Below are positions 29,352-39,270 of a DNA stretch of 64,000 nt, piece after piece. The notes below the pieces were generated by a model that saw nothing but the letters and a program-made list of their open reading frames with translations, made no database searches and was not told where the DNA came from. This DNA comes from Thermodesulfovibrionales bacterium (GTDB lineage: Bacteria > Nitrospirota > Thermodesulfovibrionia > Thermodesulfovibrionales > UBA6898): contig JBIOIY010000004.1 in assembly GCA_044450345.1 (NCBI GenBank), positions 82,534-146,533 of the forward strand. Reading direction: 5' to 3'. How positions within the stretch are numbered: the first letter of the stretch is position 1; each line of letters opens with the position of its first letter. The translations under genes were made by a program, and so were the position numbers.

Positions 29352-31124
29352 ATGGAGGAAAAACTATCGCGTGTTCCGGCGAAGCCCGGCATTTACCTTT
29401 TTAAAGACGAAAAAAACAGGGTCCTCTATGTAGGGAAGGCAAAAAACCTCAAAAACCGCCTCAGGAGTTATTTCCAGCGATCAGCCGCCCTCGACGAGAG
29501 AAAGGCCGCGATGATCCGGAGCGTGGCGGACTTCGAATTTACGGTCACCGGAAACGAACTTGAGGCATTCGTACTTGAAGCGAACCTCATAAAGCAGTAC
29601 AGGGCGCGGTACAACATACTCCTCAGGGACGACAAGAGCTATCCGTATCTGAAACTCACGGTCAACGAGACATGGCCCCGCCTGGAGGTGGTGAGAAGGA
29701 TACAAAAGGACGGGGCAAAATACTTCGGTCCTTATGTTCCCGCAGGCGCGATGTGGGAAATCCTCTCTTTTATCAGGAATCATTTCACGATCAGGACCTG
29801 CAGCTATTCGCTCGAAAAGCGAATGAGGCCATGCATTCAGCGTCAGATCAAAAAATGCATCGCCCCCTGCGGCGGCAAGGTAGACCGCGATGAATATATG
29901 GGAATGGTCAATGAGGTGAGACTCCTGCTCGAGGGGAAGAACAAGGGGCTCATCGATATGCTCGAGAAAAAGATGAAGAGGCTGTCCGAGGAGATGCAGT
30001 ATGAAGGGGCATCGCTCGTAAGAGACCGGATAAGGGCCATACGCCGGATATCTGAGACGCAGAAGGCGGTAGCCCCCGAACTCGGAGATATCGACGCGAT
30101 CGGTATTTTCAGTGAGGAAGACAGGGCGGTCTTCAAAATATTGTTTATAAGAAACGGCATCATGATAGGGTCGAGGCACTTCTTCGTAAGCAACGTCTCA
30201 GGTGAAACGGACGGCTATCTCCTGAAGAACTTCATCAGCCAGTTTTATGGGAGAGAAATCATCCCGCCGCCCGAGGTGCTCTGCCCGTTGTTGCCTGATG
30301 ATATGCCTGTCCTTTCGTCCTGGCTTTCTGAAAAACGCGGATCTGCGGTGAAGATCCCGGTGCCCAAAAGGGGCATCAGACGCGGACTCGTTGAAATGGC
30401 GCAGCAGAATGCAGAAGTCCTCTCACGGAGCGAAAAAGAGGCCGGGTGGCAGTCCACGCTGAGAGAGCTCGCCGCGTTTCTTGGACTCGAAAGGCCGCCC
30501 GCAGACATCGGGGCCTTCGATATCTCGAACATCTCCGGAAAGGAGCCGGTCGGGGCCTTTGTCTACTGGGCCGACGGCCGGTTTCAGAAACACAGATACA
30601 GACATATCAAGATGGACGCGGTGAAAGGGCCTGACGACTATTCAATGATGAAGGAGATGATCAGGAGGACGATCAGGAACCTGGAAGGGGATATGCCGGA
30701 CCTTCTGATAATCGACGGCGGCAGGGCGCATCTCGACGCGGCCCTGGAGGTGTTTGAGGAAAGCGGCGCTGCCGGAACCGAGGCTGTGGGGCTTGCCAAG
30801 GACCCGGACAGGGTCTTCCTGAAAGAGAGCAAGGTCCCCCTCAGCCTCGAAGACGGCAATGCACATTCGCTTCTTTTGAAAAGGATAAGAGACGAGGTCC
30901 ACCGTTTCGCGATAAGCTACCACAAAAAGCTCCGCGCAAAAAGGACCTTTGAATCGCCTCTTGAGAAGGTCCCGGGTGTTGCAAAAAAGAGGAGGTTTGC
31001 CTTGCTCAAGCATTTTGGCAGCATAGAGGCGATCAGAAACGCACCGGTGGAAGAGATCGCAGCATTGAAGGGGTTTCATAGGAAGATCGCAGAGAAGATC
31101 CATGAATCGCTATCGAATAAATGA
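29352..31124 (+). CDS. uvrC: Excinuclease ABC subunit C
   Basis: PGIY..YVGKAKNL GIY-YIG domain, FDISN, IDGG, RDEVHRFAI, HhH. Confidence 0.97.
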   Translation: MEEKLSRVPAKPGIYLFKDEKNRVLYVGKAKNLKNRLRSYFQRSAALDERKAAMIRSVADFEFTVTGNELEAFVLEANLIKQYRARYNILLRDDKSYPYLKLTVNETWPRLEVVRRIQKDGAKYFGPYVPAGAMWEILSFIRNHFTIRTCSYSLEKRMRPCIQRQIKKCIAPCGGKVDRDEYMGMVNEVRLLLEGKNKGLIDMLEKKMKRLSEEMQYEGASLVRDRIRAIRRISETQKAVAPELGDIDAIGIFSEEDRAVFKILFIRNGIMIGSRHFFVSNVSGETDGYLLKNFISQFYGREIIPPPEVLCPLLPDDMPVLSSWLSEKRGSAVKIPVPKRGIRRGLVEMAQQNAEVLSRSEKEAGWQSTLRELAAFLGLERPPADIGAFDISNISGKEPVGAFVYWADGRFQKHRYRHIKMDAVKGPDDYSMMKEMIRRTIRNLEGDMPDLLIIDGGRAHLDAALEVFEESGAAGTEAVGLAKDPDRVFLKESKVPLSLEDGNAHSLLLKRIRDEVHRFAISYHKKLRAKRTFESPLEKVPGVAKKRRFALLKHFGSIEAIRNAPVEEIAALKGFHRKIAEKIHESLSNK

Positions 31125-31174
31125 CAAAGGAGATTAATATTTTATAGATAATAAGTGATTAATAATGTATAATA

Positions 31175-31810
31175 GTGACTATGGAAGACACATTAACAGT
31201 AACAGCTGCAGCAAAGCGTCTTGGAGTTACAGTGAAGACTATGCAGCGGTGGGAACGAGAGGAGCGACTGGTTCCAGCAGGGCGGACAGCAACTAATCGC
31301 CGTGTTTACACAGCGGGACAGCTTTCAAAATATCAAGGTATGCGGCTTGCTGGCGGTCAAGAGGCAACAAGGGCAATCGCCTACTGTCGAGTATCGAGCA
31401 CGACACAGAAACCGGATCTTCGTAATCAGCGACGGGTGCTGGAAGATTTTTGCGTTGCAAAAGGCATGGCAAATGTCGAATTCATTGAGGAAGTGGGCGG
31501 AGGTCTGAATTTCAAACGCAAGCGATTTCTTCAGTTGATGGACGACATAGGAGCACGACAGGTCAAGATTCTGGTGCTTGCGCATCGAGACCGTCTAACC
31601 CGATTCGGGTTCGAATGGTTTGAGCATTATGCGCGACATAATGGGTGCGAGGTTCTGGTGCTTAATCAGGAAAGGCTTTCACCGGAGCAGGAAATGGTGA
31701 AGGACCTTATGACCATCATCCATTGTTTTTCTTCAAGGGTGTATGGGTTGAGAAACTACAAAAAAAAGTTAAAGGAAGCACTGGAGCAGGACAAACAGAA
31801 TGAGGCGTAA
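31175..31810 (+). CDS. tnpA: IS607 transposase (MerR-like HTH + serine recombinase)
   Basis: AAKRLGVTVKTMQRWE HTH, YCRVSS, HRDRLTRFGF, FSSRVYGLR. Confidence 0.93.
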   Translation: MTMEDTLTVTAAAKRLGVTVKTMQRWEREERLVPAGRTATNRRVYTAGQLSKYQGMRLAGGQEATRAIAYCRVSSTTQKPDLRNQRRVLEDFCVAKGMANVEFIEEVGGGLNFKRKRFLQLMDDIGARQVKILVLAHRDRLTRFGFEWFEHYARHNGCEVLVLNQERLSPEQEMVKDLMTIIHCFSSRVYGLRNYKKKLKEALEQDKQNEA

Positions 31811-33152
31811 GAAACAGATTCCATTAGGACCGGTTATTCAGTTGAGTCATAAGATTACTCTTATTCCGGCAGAGGATCAGATATTTTACTTTGGGAAGGC
31901 TTGCGGCACAGCGCGCTTTACCTGGAACTGGGCCCTGACCGAATGGAATCGACAGTTTGACTCAGGATTAAAGCCTAATGCCTATACACTCAAGAAGGAA
32001 TTCAACGCCATCAAATACCAGCAGTACCCGTGGCTTGATGAAATCCATAGGGACGCTCACGCCGAACCGTTTAATAATCTTGGCAGAGCATGGGCAACGT
32101 TCTTCAAATCCTGCCGGGAAGGTCGGGCCGCACATGCCCCTGTCTTCAAAAAGAAAGGTAAATGCAGAGATTCCTTCTATGTGGCCAATGACAAGTTCAA
32201 GGTCAACGGCAAAGTAATAACCTTGCCTATTGTCGGGAATGTCCTGATGCGTGAGGAATTACGCTTTCAGGGCAAGATAACGGGCGCTACCGTATCTCGC
32301 TCAGTTCATCACTGGTTTGTGGCTATCCAAGTGGAGATACCAGAACACTCAGCAAAACGAAAACGTAATGCAGACGGTATAGAAGGCGTAGACCTTGGTA
32401 TAACGTCCGCTGCCACACTCTCCACTGGTGAGAAATTCCATGCGCCAAAACCTCTTGAGGGTCTACTCCGCAGACTTAAGATAAGGTCTCGAAGTCTATC
32501 GCGTAAGCTGGAGGCTGCCAAGATCAAGGCAGGCATCAGGCGCGGTTGCAAAGTAACCAAGGGTACTCGGCTCCCGGTATCCAGTAATCGCAAAAAGGCA
32601 TCAGACATATTGGCGAGACTACATTATCGGGTAGCAAATGTGAGAAAAGACTTCCTCCATAAGACGACTACTCGGATCTGCCGCGAAAACCAAGCGGTGG
32701 GTATCGAGAGCCTGAATGTCGCCGATATGTTGAAGAATGAGAGGCTTGCCCGTGCCATCTCTGATATAGGCATGGGGGAGTTTGCACGGCAGATGAAGTA
32801 CAAGGTAAAACTGTTTGATACAAGACTTACTGAGGCGGATCGATGGTTTCCATCGTCCAAAAAATGCTGTTTTTGTGGCTTTGTGTATAGAGGATTAAAG
32901 CTGTCCGACAGGGTTTGGACCTGTTCGAATTGCGGTATTGCCCACGACAGGGACATAAATGCAGCAGAAAATCTCAAACAGCTGGCAACTGTCACAACTG
33001 CTCTACCCTTGGCGAGCATCCCAGTAATGGGAAGCACGGATGCATCACAAGTATTGTCCGGAGGGAAAGTTACGCCTGTCAGTTATGATTCTGTCTGCAA
33101 GAAGAATCAGGGCAGGAAAAAGAATGTGCACGTTTATGCACATTCGGAATAG
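31800..33152 (+). CDS. tnpB: RNA-guided endonuclease TnpB
   Basis: GTARFTWNWAL, RuvC GVDLG / IESL / DRDINAA all intact, CCFC..CSNC zinc finger. Confidence 0.93.
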   Translation: MRRKKQIPLGPVIQLSHKITLIPAEDQIFYFGKACGTARFTWNWALTEWNRQFDSGLKPNAYTLKKEFNAIKYQQYPWLDEIHRDAHAEPFNNLGRAWATFFKSCREGRAAHAPVFKKKGKCRDSFYVANDKFKVNGKVITLPIVGNVLMREELRFQGKITGATVSRSVHHWFVAIQVEIPEHSAKRKRNADGIEGVDLGITSAATLSTGEKFHAPKPLEGLLRRLKIRSRSLSRKLEAAKIKAGIRRGCKVTKGTRLPVSSNRKKASDILARLHYRVANVRKDFLHKTTTRICRENQAVGIESLNVADMLKNERLARAISDIGMGEFARQMKYKVKLFDTRLTEADRWFPSSKKCCFCGFVYRGLKLSDRVWTCSNCGIAHDRDINAAENLKQLATVTTALPLASIPVMGSTDASQVLSGGKVTPVSYDSVCKKNQGRKKNVHVYAHSE

Positions 33153-33160
33153 CAGATTAA

Positions 33161-34093
33161 ATGAACATATACATTTCTGGCTCTCTTGCATACGACAGGA
33201 TCATGGACTTCCCAGGAAGGTTTTCCGACCATATCCTGCCGGATAAGATCCACATTCTAAATGTCTGTTTCACGGTAAACGGCATGGTCGAAAAGTTCGG
33301 CGGCACCGCAGGCAATGTCGCGTATTCACTCAGTCTGCTCGGAGAAAGACCCGTGATAGTGGCAGCTATAGGCAAGGACTACGGGACATATTTCGAGTGG
33401 CTCCGGAAAAACGGCATACCTCTTGACGGCATCCGTATAGTCGAGGACGAATTCACGGCAGGCGCGTATATAACTACGGACAAGGCTGACAACCAGATAA
33501 CCGGGTTCAATCCCGGCGCTATGAAGTACCAGGCTGAGTTCGACTTCGGTGACCGGGATCCGGAGTATTCGATATGCCTTATCGCTCCGGGAAATCTCAG
33601 GGACATGATTGAATACTCCGCCGCCTGCAGGGACAAGGGGATAAAATATATCTGTGACCCGGGGCAGTCGCTTACTCAGTGGGACGGAAAGGCGCTGAGG
33701 GACTGGATCGAAGGCTCTACGGTCCTGATCTCGAATGATTACGAACTCGAGCTGATAATGAAGCTGACCGGGATGGACAAGAAAAGTCTGCGTGGCCTCA
33801 CAGGGACGATCATCACGACTATCGGTGAAAAAGGCTCCCTTGTGAGCACCGCCTCTTCAGACGACGACATAGGGGTCGCAAGGGTGACCGGCGTTATGGA
33901 CCCCACCGGAGCCGGAGATGCTTACAGGGCCGGTTTGTTGAAAGGGCTTGCCATGGGAAAGGACATCCTGACGTCGGCAAAGATGGGTGCGGTCGTAGCC
34001 GCATATGCCGTCGAGAAATACGGCACGCAGGAGCACAGGTTTTCCTATGAAGACTTTCTCAAAAGGTACAAGGAGAATTTCGGGGTGATGTAG
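33161..34093 (+). CDS. PfkB-family carbohydrate/nucleoside kinase
   Basis: GSLAYD, GGTAGNVAY, DPGQ, NDYE, DPTGAGDAYRAG. Confidence 0.92.
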   Translation: MNIYISGSLAYDRIMDFPGRFSDHILPDKIHILNVCFTVNGMVEKFGGTAGNVAYSLSLLGERPVIVAAIGKDYGTYFEWLRKNGIPLDGIRIVEDEFTAGAYITTDKADNQITGFNPGAMKYQAEFDFGDRDPEYSICLIAPGNLRDMIEYSAACRDKGIKYICDPGQSLTQWDGKALRDWIEGSTVLISNDYELELIMKLTGMDKKSLRGLTGTIITTIGEKGSLVSTASSDDDIGVARVTGVMDPTGAGDAYRAGLLKGLAMGKDILTSAKMGAVVAAYAVEKYGTQEHRFSYEDFLKRYKENFGVM

Positions 34094-34149
34094 AACAGTT
34101 CAGTTCCTGCTTGCTATGAATACCGCGGCAGGGACGATATAATGAAAAC

Positions 34150-35190
34150 ATGATCAACGAAGAAGCGATAAAGTCTTATCTCTTTAAGAAATTCGATGAC
34201 ATAGTCGGTATTAATATCAGCAAGCTCGGTTCGGGGGTGCAGGGTTCGGGGTTCAATGTAGAGATGAAGACCGCCCGGGGATTGAGATCATACGTTGTAA
34301 AGGGGCTTCTTTCCGAAGGGCTCGGGCATGATTATCCCTCTGACCGCGCGGCGGTATTTCTTCTCGACCTTGATGAATACGAAAACCTGCCGCGTCATGT
34401 AAAGGCAATCGACGTGTTGGCCGAGATGCGCGACGGAACGGTAAAATCGATCGGCGGCGCAAGGGAATATTATCTGCTTATGGAGAAGGCCGTGGGAGCT
34501 GATTACTTTTGTGACCTCAGGGACTTTTCGAAGAAAGAGCGCCTGGACGACCGCGATAAAAGAAAGATCAGGGCGATGGCGGCATACCTGGCTGAGATCC
34601 ATTCGGTCAGGAAGGATTCGAAGGCACTCTACTGGCGAAAGCTTAGGGACACCATTGGCCACGGCGAATGTCTGATGGGTGTTTTCGATACCTATCCCGA
34701 CGGCACGCTCAGTTATGGGGAGATGGCGGAGATAGAGAAAAGGTGCGTTGAATGGAGGGCGCGGCTTAAACCGCTTTCAAAGCGGCTGTCACAGATTCAT
34801 GGAGATTTTCATCCCGGCAACATATGGTTCAGGGGTGATGAGGATTTCGTCTTGCTCGACAGGTCCAGGGGGCCATGGGGTGAGCCTGCCGATGACGTTA
34901 CCGCACTTGCCATAAACTATATTTTTTTTTCTATCAGGAACTACGGAGACGTCAGGGACGCCTATCTCGAAGGGCTGAAGCTGTTTTTCGATGAATATGT
35001 CGGCGCATCCGGAGATAAGGAGCTGAACGGCGTGGTCGCACCTTTTCTTGCCTTCAGGACGGTAGTTGTTGCAAACCCTGTTTTTTATCCCGGCGTAACT
35101 CCGGAAAAGAGAGCGGTACTATTAAGGTTTTGCAGAAATGTGCTTGATCGCAGCATCTTCATGCCCGGTGAGGTGAATAGTTACCTGTGA
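34150..35190 (+). CDS. Aminoglycoside phosphotransferase-family kinase, substrate unknown
   Basis: LGSGVQG loop, HGDFHPGN, LLD, GEPADD. Confidence 0.85.
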   Translation: MINEEAIKSYLFKKFDDIVGINISKLGSGVQGSGFNVEMKTARGLRSYVVKGLLSEGLGHDYPSDRAAVFLLDLDEYENLPRHVKAIDVLAEMRDGTVKSIGGAREYYLLMEKAVGADYFCDLRDFSKKERLDDRDKRKIRAMAAYLAEIHSVRKDSKALYWRKLRDTIGHGECLMGVFDTYPDGTLSYGEMAEIEKRCVEWRARLKPLSKRLSQIHGDFHPGNIWFRGDEDFVLLDRSRGPWGEPADDVTALAINYIFFSIRNYGDVRDAYLEGLKLFFDEYVGASGDKELNGVVAPFLAFRTVVVANPVFYPGVTPEKRAVLLRFCRNVLDRSIFMPGEVNSYL

Positions 35191-35861
35191 TTCGAAAACT
35201 TAAGATAGGTTTCCCACACCGCAAGAAGTTCTCTTGTGGCCCTCAGATCGCCCGCGCAATATCTGGCGATATCGACATGCTTTCCTGACTGGAAAAGTTC
35301 TTTTACCTGGTGTCCGGTTATGCCGTCTTCTTTGGGACTTTTGATGCCGAAGGTCCTGCACCACATGTCCAGGCTGAATCTCCGGCGGGACGCACCGAAG
35401 AAGGTGAGCTGGTCGAAGAGGTCGATATGGGCGTCTCCGTAACGGTTCGGCATGAGCTCCCTTTTCGGTCTGATCTTATGGACCGCCGAACGCACCATAA
35501 TGAAAGGGCAGTCGAAGCCTCTTCCGTTGAACGTGATAAATTGGTCGTAGCTCTTTGCCGCGTCCCAGAACTTTACGAGGATCTCTTCCTCGGTCGCAGT
35601 CTCGTAACGTATGCCTTCTTCATCGAAAGGCAGAAGCGGTTCGCCGGTATTCTGAAAATACACAGCGCCTTTGCCGCTGTCGGGGTTGAGCATGCCGATG
35701 GCGATTATCTCGCCTGTGAGGGGGTAGAGAGAGAGGCTTTCTTCTACTTCCTTCCTTTCTTCGCCGGATTCCGCCCACCGCAGTAAATACTCCTGCACGG
35801 GTTTTTCAAGGGAGTCGAAATCTCTTCCGGCAGTCTCTATATCGAATATGATACGCGACAT
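35181..35861 (-). CDS. PolB-like 3'-5' exonuclease (DEDDy, RNase H fold)
   Basis: FDIET, FNGRGFD, HIDL, YCAGD. Confidence 0.85.
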   Translation of the reverse strand: MSRIIFDIETAGRDFDSLEKPVQEYLLRWAESGEERKEVEESLSLYPLTGEIIAIGMLNPDSGKGAVYFQNTGEPLLPFDEEGIRYETATEEEILVKFWDAAKSYDQFITFNGRGFDCPFIMVRSAVHKIRPKRELMPNRYGDAHIDLFDQLTFFGASRRRFSLDMWCRTFGIKSPKEDGITGHQVKELFQSGKHVDIARYCAGDLRATRELLAVWETYLKFSNHR

Positions 35862-35928
35862 ATCTTAAAAAAGTGAGTAGCTAAAAACACCATTTCTTCT
35901 CTGCGATTTGGTTACTTCTCTTCGCTTC

Positions 35929-37236
35929 TTACTGTTTTCCGTCTTGCGATTCTTTCGGGACGCCCTTGAATACGTTCCATGTCTTCAGTATGTCCACCGC
36001 ACGCTGGAGCTGGATATCGTCTTTTTCATCCACCTCCATCGGCGCCGTCTCAATCTCTTCAGGCTTTTGGTCCATCTGTTCGTTTTTTAAGTGCCTTTCG
36101 AGGTCCTTTTCCCTCAGGACCGGATGTTCTTTGACGCCGTTCTTCGCTTCGAGCTTCAGCACGATGTCAGGCGTAATGCCTGTGTTCTGGATCGATATGC
36201 CCTTCGGGGTATAGTATTTCGCTGTGGTAAGTCTCAGGCCCGCACCGTCGCTGAGTGGGATCACCGTCTGGACGGACCCCTTGCCGAAGGTCTGTGTGCC
36301 GAGGATAACGGCACGGTTCCAGTCCTTCAGCGCTCCCGCCACTATTTCGGAAGCGCTTGCGCTGCCCTGGTTGACGAGCACGATCATGGGCGGGGTAAAG
36401 TTTGTGTCGCCTTCGGTGAAGAACTCGGACTTTTCGCCCGACCTTGTCTTGGTATAAACCACGAGTTTTCCCTTCGGCAGGAATTTGCTCGTCACATCGA
36501 TGGCGCTGTTTAAAAGGCCGCCCGGATTGTTTCTGAGATCGAGCACGAGGGAGTTCACTTTTTCTTCGGTCAGCTTATTAACGGCCGCGGCAAGGTCTGA
36601 TGCCGTCTGCTCCTGGAACTGGCTGATCTTTATATAACCGACCTTGTCTTCGAGGACCTTTGACTTGACGCTCTTTATCTTAATGATCTCCCTTAGCAGG
36701 GTAAAATCCTTCGGGCCTTCCAAACCCTCACGGAGGACGCTGATGGTGACCGGCGTCTTGGGGGCGCCCCGCATCTTCGTAACCGCGTCCTGGAGGGACA
36801 TGTCTATTGTCGATTCCTTATTGATCTTTACGATCTTGTCGCCGGCCTTGATTCCCGCGCGATAGGCAGGGGTGTCTTCTATCGGCGCTATTACAGTCAG
36901 GAATTTGTCTTTTATGCCTATCTGAATGCCGAGCCCGCCGAACTCTCCTTTTGTCTCAACCTGCATTTCCTTATATGCATCAGGAGGCATGAAGCTGGAA
37001 TGCGGGTCGAGAGAACTCAGCATACCCTTTATCGCGCCGTATATGAGGTCCTTGGTCTTTACCTCTTCGACATAATATTTTCTGACCATCGACATGACCT
37101 CGGTAAAGGTCTTGAGCTCCTCGTATCCTTCGCCGGCCGCGCTCACGCTGGTTACGGACAACCTGCCGATCGAGACGCTGACCGCCGCCACCACGACCAC
37201 CAGCATCAAGATTAACGCCGTTCTCTTGGCTTTCAT
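35929..37236 (-). CDS. ctpA: Carboxyl-terminal processing protease (S41)
   Basis: LDPHS, GLGI PDZ, DLRNNPGG, SASASE, FGKGSVQ. Confidence 0.95.
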   Translation of the reverse strand: MKAKRTALILMLVVVVAAVSVSIGRLSVTSVSAAGEGYEELKTFTEVMSMVRKYYVEEVKTKDLIYGAIKGMLSSLDPHSSFMPPDAYKEMQVETKGEFGGLGIQIGIKDKFLTVIAPIEDTPAYRAGIKAGDKIVKINKESTIDMSLQDAVTKMRGAPKTPVTISVLREGLEGPKDFTLLREIIKIKSVKSKVLEDKVGYIKISQFQEQTASDLAAAVNKLTEEKVNSLVLDLRNNPGGLLNSAIDVTSKFLPKGKLVVYTKTRSGEKSEFFTEGDTNFTPPMIVLVNQGSASASEIVAGALKDWNRAVILGTQTFGKGSVQTVIPLSDGAGLRLTTAKYYTPKGISIQNTGITPDIVLKLEAKNGVKEHPVLREKDLERHLKNEQMDQKPEEIETAPMEVDEKDDIQLQRAVDILKTWNVFKGVPKESQDGKQ

Positions 37237-37252
37237 CAAATAACCTCCTGAA

Positions 37253-38389
37253 TTATCCTCTTCTTCGTTTCAACCACTGCACCGGATCGAGGGGCTTTCC
37301 TTTATACCTGATTTCGAAGTAAAGACCCGGGGCATTCAAGATGCCCGATGTCCCGACTCTTCCTATAACCTGACTTTCTTTTATTATATCCCCAACGTGA
37401 GAAAAAATCTCCGAAAGATTTCCGTAAAGGGTATGATATCCGTTGCCGTGATTGATAATGACGAGCTGCCCGAAGCCTTTGAACCACTCGGCGAAGATAA
37501 CCTTTCCTTCATAGACAGACCTCGCGTCCGAATCCGCAGGGGTCTGTATATGTACGCCGTTCCTGAATACCGGAGTGGAGAATTGGGGGTCTTTCTGCGA
37601 ACCGTACGGGACGGCGATTTTGCCCTCCGCGGGCCATGGGAGTTTTCCCCTGAACCGCGTAAAACCGGTTCCGGAGCCTGTATAGGTATCTGTTTTCGAT
37701 GACTTCGTGATCAGGTCAAGAAGCCTTTTCGACGCCTCCTTCAGTTCCGCGATCATTCTCTGGTGCGACGCCTTTTCCTTTCGTACTGAAGAAAGGATGA
37801 CTACCTTTGACTGCCGTTCACCCGCAAGTTCCTTTTCCTTGGTCTTGACCTTGTCGGTGTCCGTTTTGAGCTCTGCCTTGAGGACCCGAAGTCTCTCATA
37901 TTTCTCATTGAATCTCTTCAGGTTGTCGCGGTAATCGCCGAGGACCTTGTGCTCGTAGAGCGTGATGTTTTCGAGGTATTTCCATATCCTCATCATCTGG
38001 GAAACATCTTCGGCGCTCATAAGGAGCACGAGCATGTCGCCTGAATAGCCGAATTTCTGCATGACCATCAGTTTTCTCTTCAGCCATTCCTTCTGCTTCT
38101 CCAGGACGCCTTTTGTTTTTTCGATGTCGGATGTGACGGATGAAATTTCCGCTTCCGTCCGTCTCAGGTCCTTTCGGTACTTGCTCAGCTCCGTCTCGGT
38201 CTTCTCCAGTCGCATATTGACGCCCTCGATCTCGCCGAGTATGGACGATTCCCGTTCCTGGGCCTCCCTGAGCTTTTCTTTCTGTTCCGACATCTTCTCC
38301 TGAAGCTTCCTGTATTCTTCTTCGTGGGTGGCGCCGGCGCTGACTGAGGAAAACAAAAGAACGAAAAGGAGGGGGAAGACCAGGAACAT
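37253..38389 (-). CDS. envC: Murein hydrolase activator EnvC (coiled coil + M23-like domain)
   Basis: Signal peptide from ATG 38389, coiled coil, LPWP, degenerate metal ligands (LYGNL, LYFEIR), follows ftsX. Confidence 0.88.
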   Translation of the reverse strand: MFLVFPLLFVLLFSSVSAGATHEEEYRKLQEKMSEQKEKLREAQERESSILGEIEGVNMRLEKTETELSKYRKDLRRTEAEISSVTSDIEKTKGVLEKQKEWLKRKLMVMQKFGYSGDMLVLLMSAEDVSQMMRIWKYLENITLYEHKVLGDYRDNLKRFNEKYERLRVLKAELKTDTDKVKTKEKELAGERQSKVVILSSVRKEKASHQRMIAELKEASKRLLDLITKSSKTDTYTGSGTGFTRFRGKLPWPAEGKIAVPYGSQKDPQFSTPVFRNGVHIQTPADSDARSVYEGKVIFAEWFKGFGQLVIINHGNGYHTLYGNLSEIFSHVGDIIKESQVIGRVGTSGILNAPGLYFEIRYKGKPLDPVQWLKRRRG

Positions 38390-39270
38390 CAGTATCTCAG
38401 CCTTCCGAGGGCTATGACCGCGCCTGTTATCCCGAGGAACATTCCGATGAAAGGCAGCGGGAGGAACAGGTCCGAAGGGAAGAGTATCATCTTGAAGATC
38501 GGCATTGCAACGCTGAGCCTCAGGATGACGAGATAATAAAAGGCGAAGACGCCGAGGAGGCTCAGGATGCCTCCGGCCGTCCCGATGACGGCGCCTTCTA
38601 TAAGGAAAGGGGTCCTGATGAACCCCTTTGTAGCTCCGAGCAGCTTGAAGGTTTCGATCTCGTCCTTTCGTCTGTAAAAGAGTATCTTTACCGTGCTGTA
38701 ACATACAAAGACGATGCCCGTCGACAGTATTGCGATGAGCATGATCCCTATCGTTTTTAGTCCGACCTTCAGATAGTTGAGGGTGGCGAGAAACTTTTCC
38801 GCATAATCCACCTCTTTCACTCCCTTTATCTTCAGGGCCTCATCGGCGAGTTTCCTGACAGTCTCCGGTCCCAATGCATCTTTCTTCAGCTTTACCTCGA
38901 GGGCATCGGGCAACGGGTTATCATCGAGCCCCTCGAAGACATAGTTCGAATTCTTCAGTACCGCCTTCATTTCCTTCAAGGCCTCTTCTTTCGGGATGTA
39001 CTTGACCGCAAGGACTGCGTTCTGCCTTCTGAGGGCGCCGATTGCGGAATCGATTTTGTCTTTCTGGATGTCCTTGTCGAGGTAGAGTATCAACGAAAAT
39101 TTTTCAGGAAGGCTCTTGGTGGCTGCGTCGATGTTGTATACGGAGAACAACGCCAGGCTGATGATGAGGAGTCCCGAGGCGATGGTAAGGACCGAAAGGA
39201 TATTTATCCATTTTTCCCTGACCATGCTCTGCAGAGCCAGGGCGAATGCATAAGGCGAAGGGAGCATCAT
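38389..39270 (-). CDS. ftsX: Cell division permease FtsX
   Basis: Four TM helices, NPLPDA, RKDEI..KLLGAT..FIRTPFLIEG. Confidence 0.92.
   Translation of the reverse strand: MMLPSPYAFALALQSMVREKWINILSVLTIASGLLIISLALFSVYNIDAATKSLPEKFSLILYLDKDIQKDKIDSAIGALRRQNAVLAVKYIPKEEALKEMKAVLKNSNYVFEGLDDNPLPDALEVKLKKDALGPETVRKLADEALKIKGVKEVDYAEKFLATLNYLKVGLKTIGIMLIAILSTGIVFVCYSTVKILFYRRKDEIETFKLLGATKGFIRTPFLIEGAVIGTAGGILSLLGVFAFYYLVILRLSVAMPIFKMILFPSDLFLPLPFIGMFLGITGAVIALGRLRY

Larger units (their letters stand above)
31133..33155 (+). mobile_element. IS607-family element (tnpA serine recombinase + tnpB)
   Basis: Overlapping tnpA/tnpB, lower GC than the flanks, AGATTAA at both junctions, no terminal inverted repeats; ends ambiguous within the 7-nt shared sequence. 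Confidence 0.9.

Noticed and set aside
31125..31180. Group I intron (IStron) at the IS607 left end
   Set aside because: Only about 45 AT-rich nt precede tnpA, too short for a ribozyme
34150..35190. Antibiotic-resistance call for the APH-family gene
   Set aside because: Only the general kinase fold motifs are seen; core-genome context and no substrate evidence
38390..38704. N-terminal extension of envC in the ORF track
   Set aside because: Overlaps ftsX; the signal peptide begins at ATG 38389, coupled to the ftsX stop
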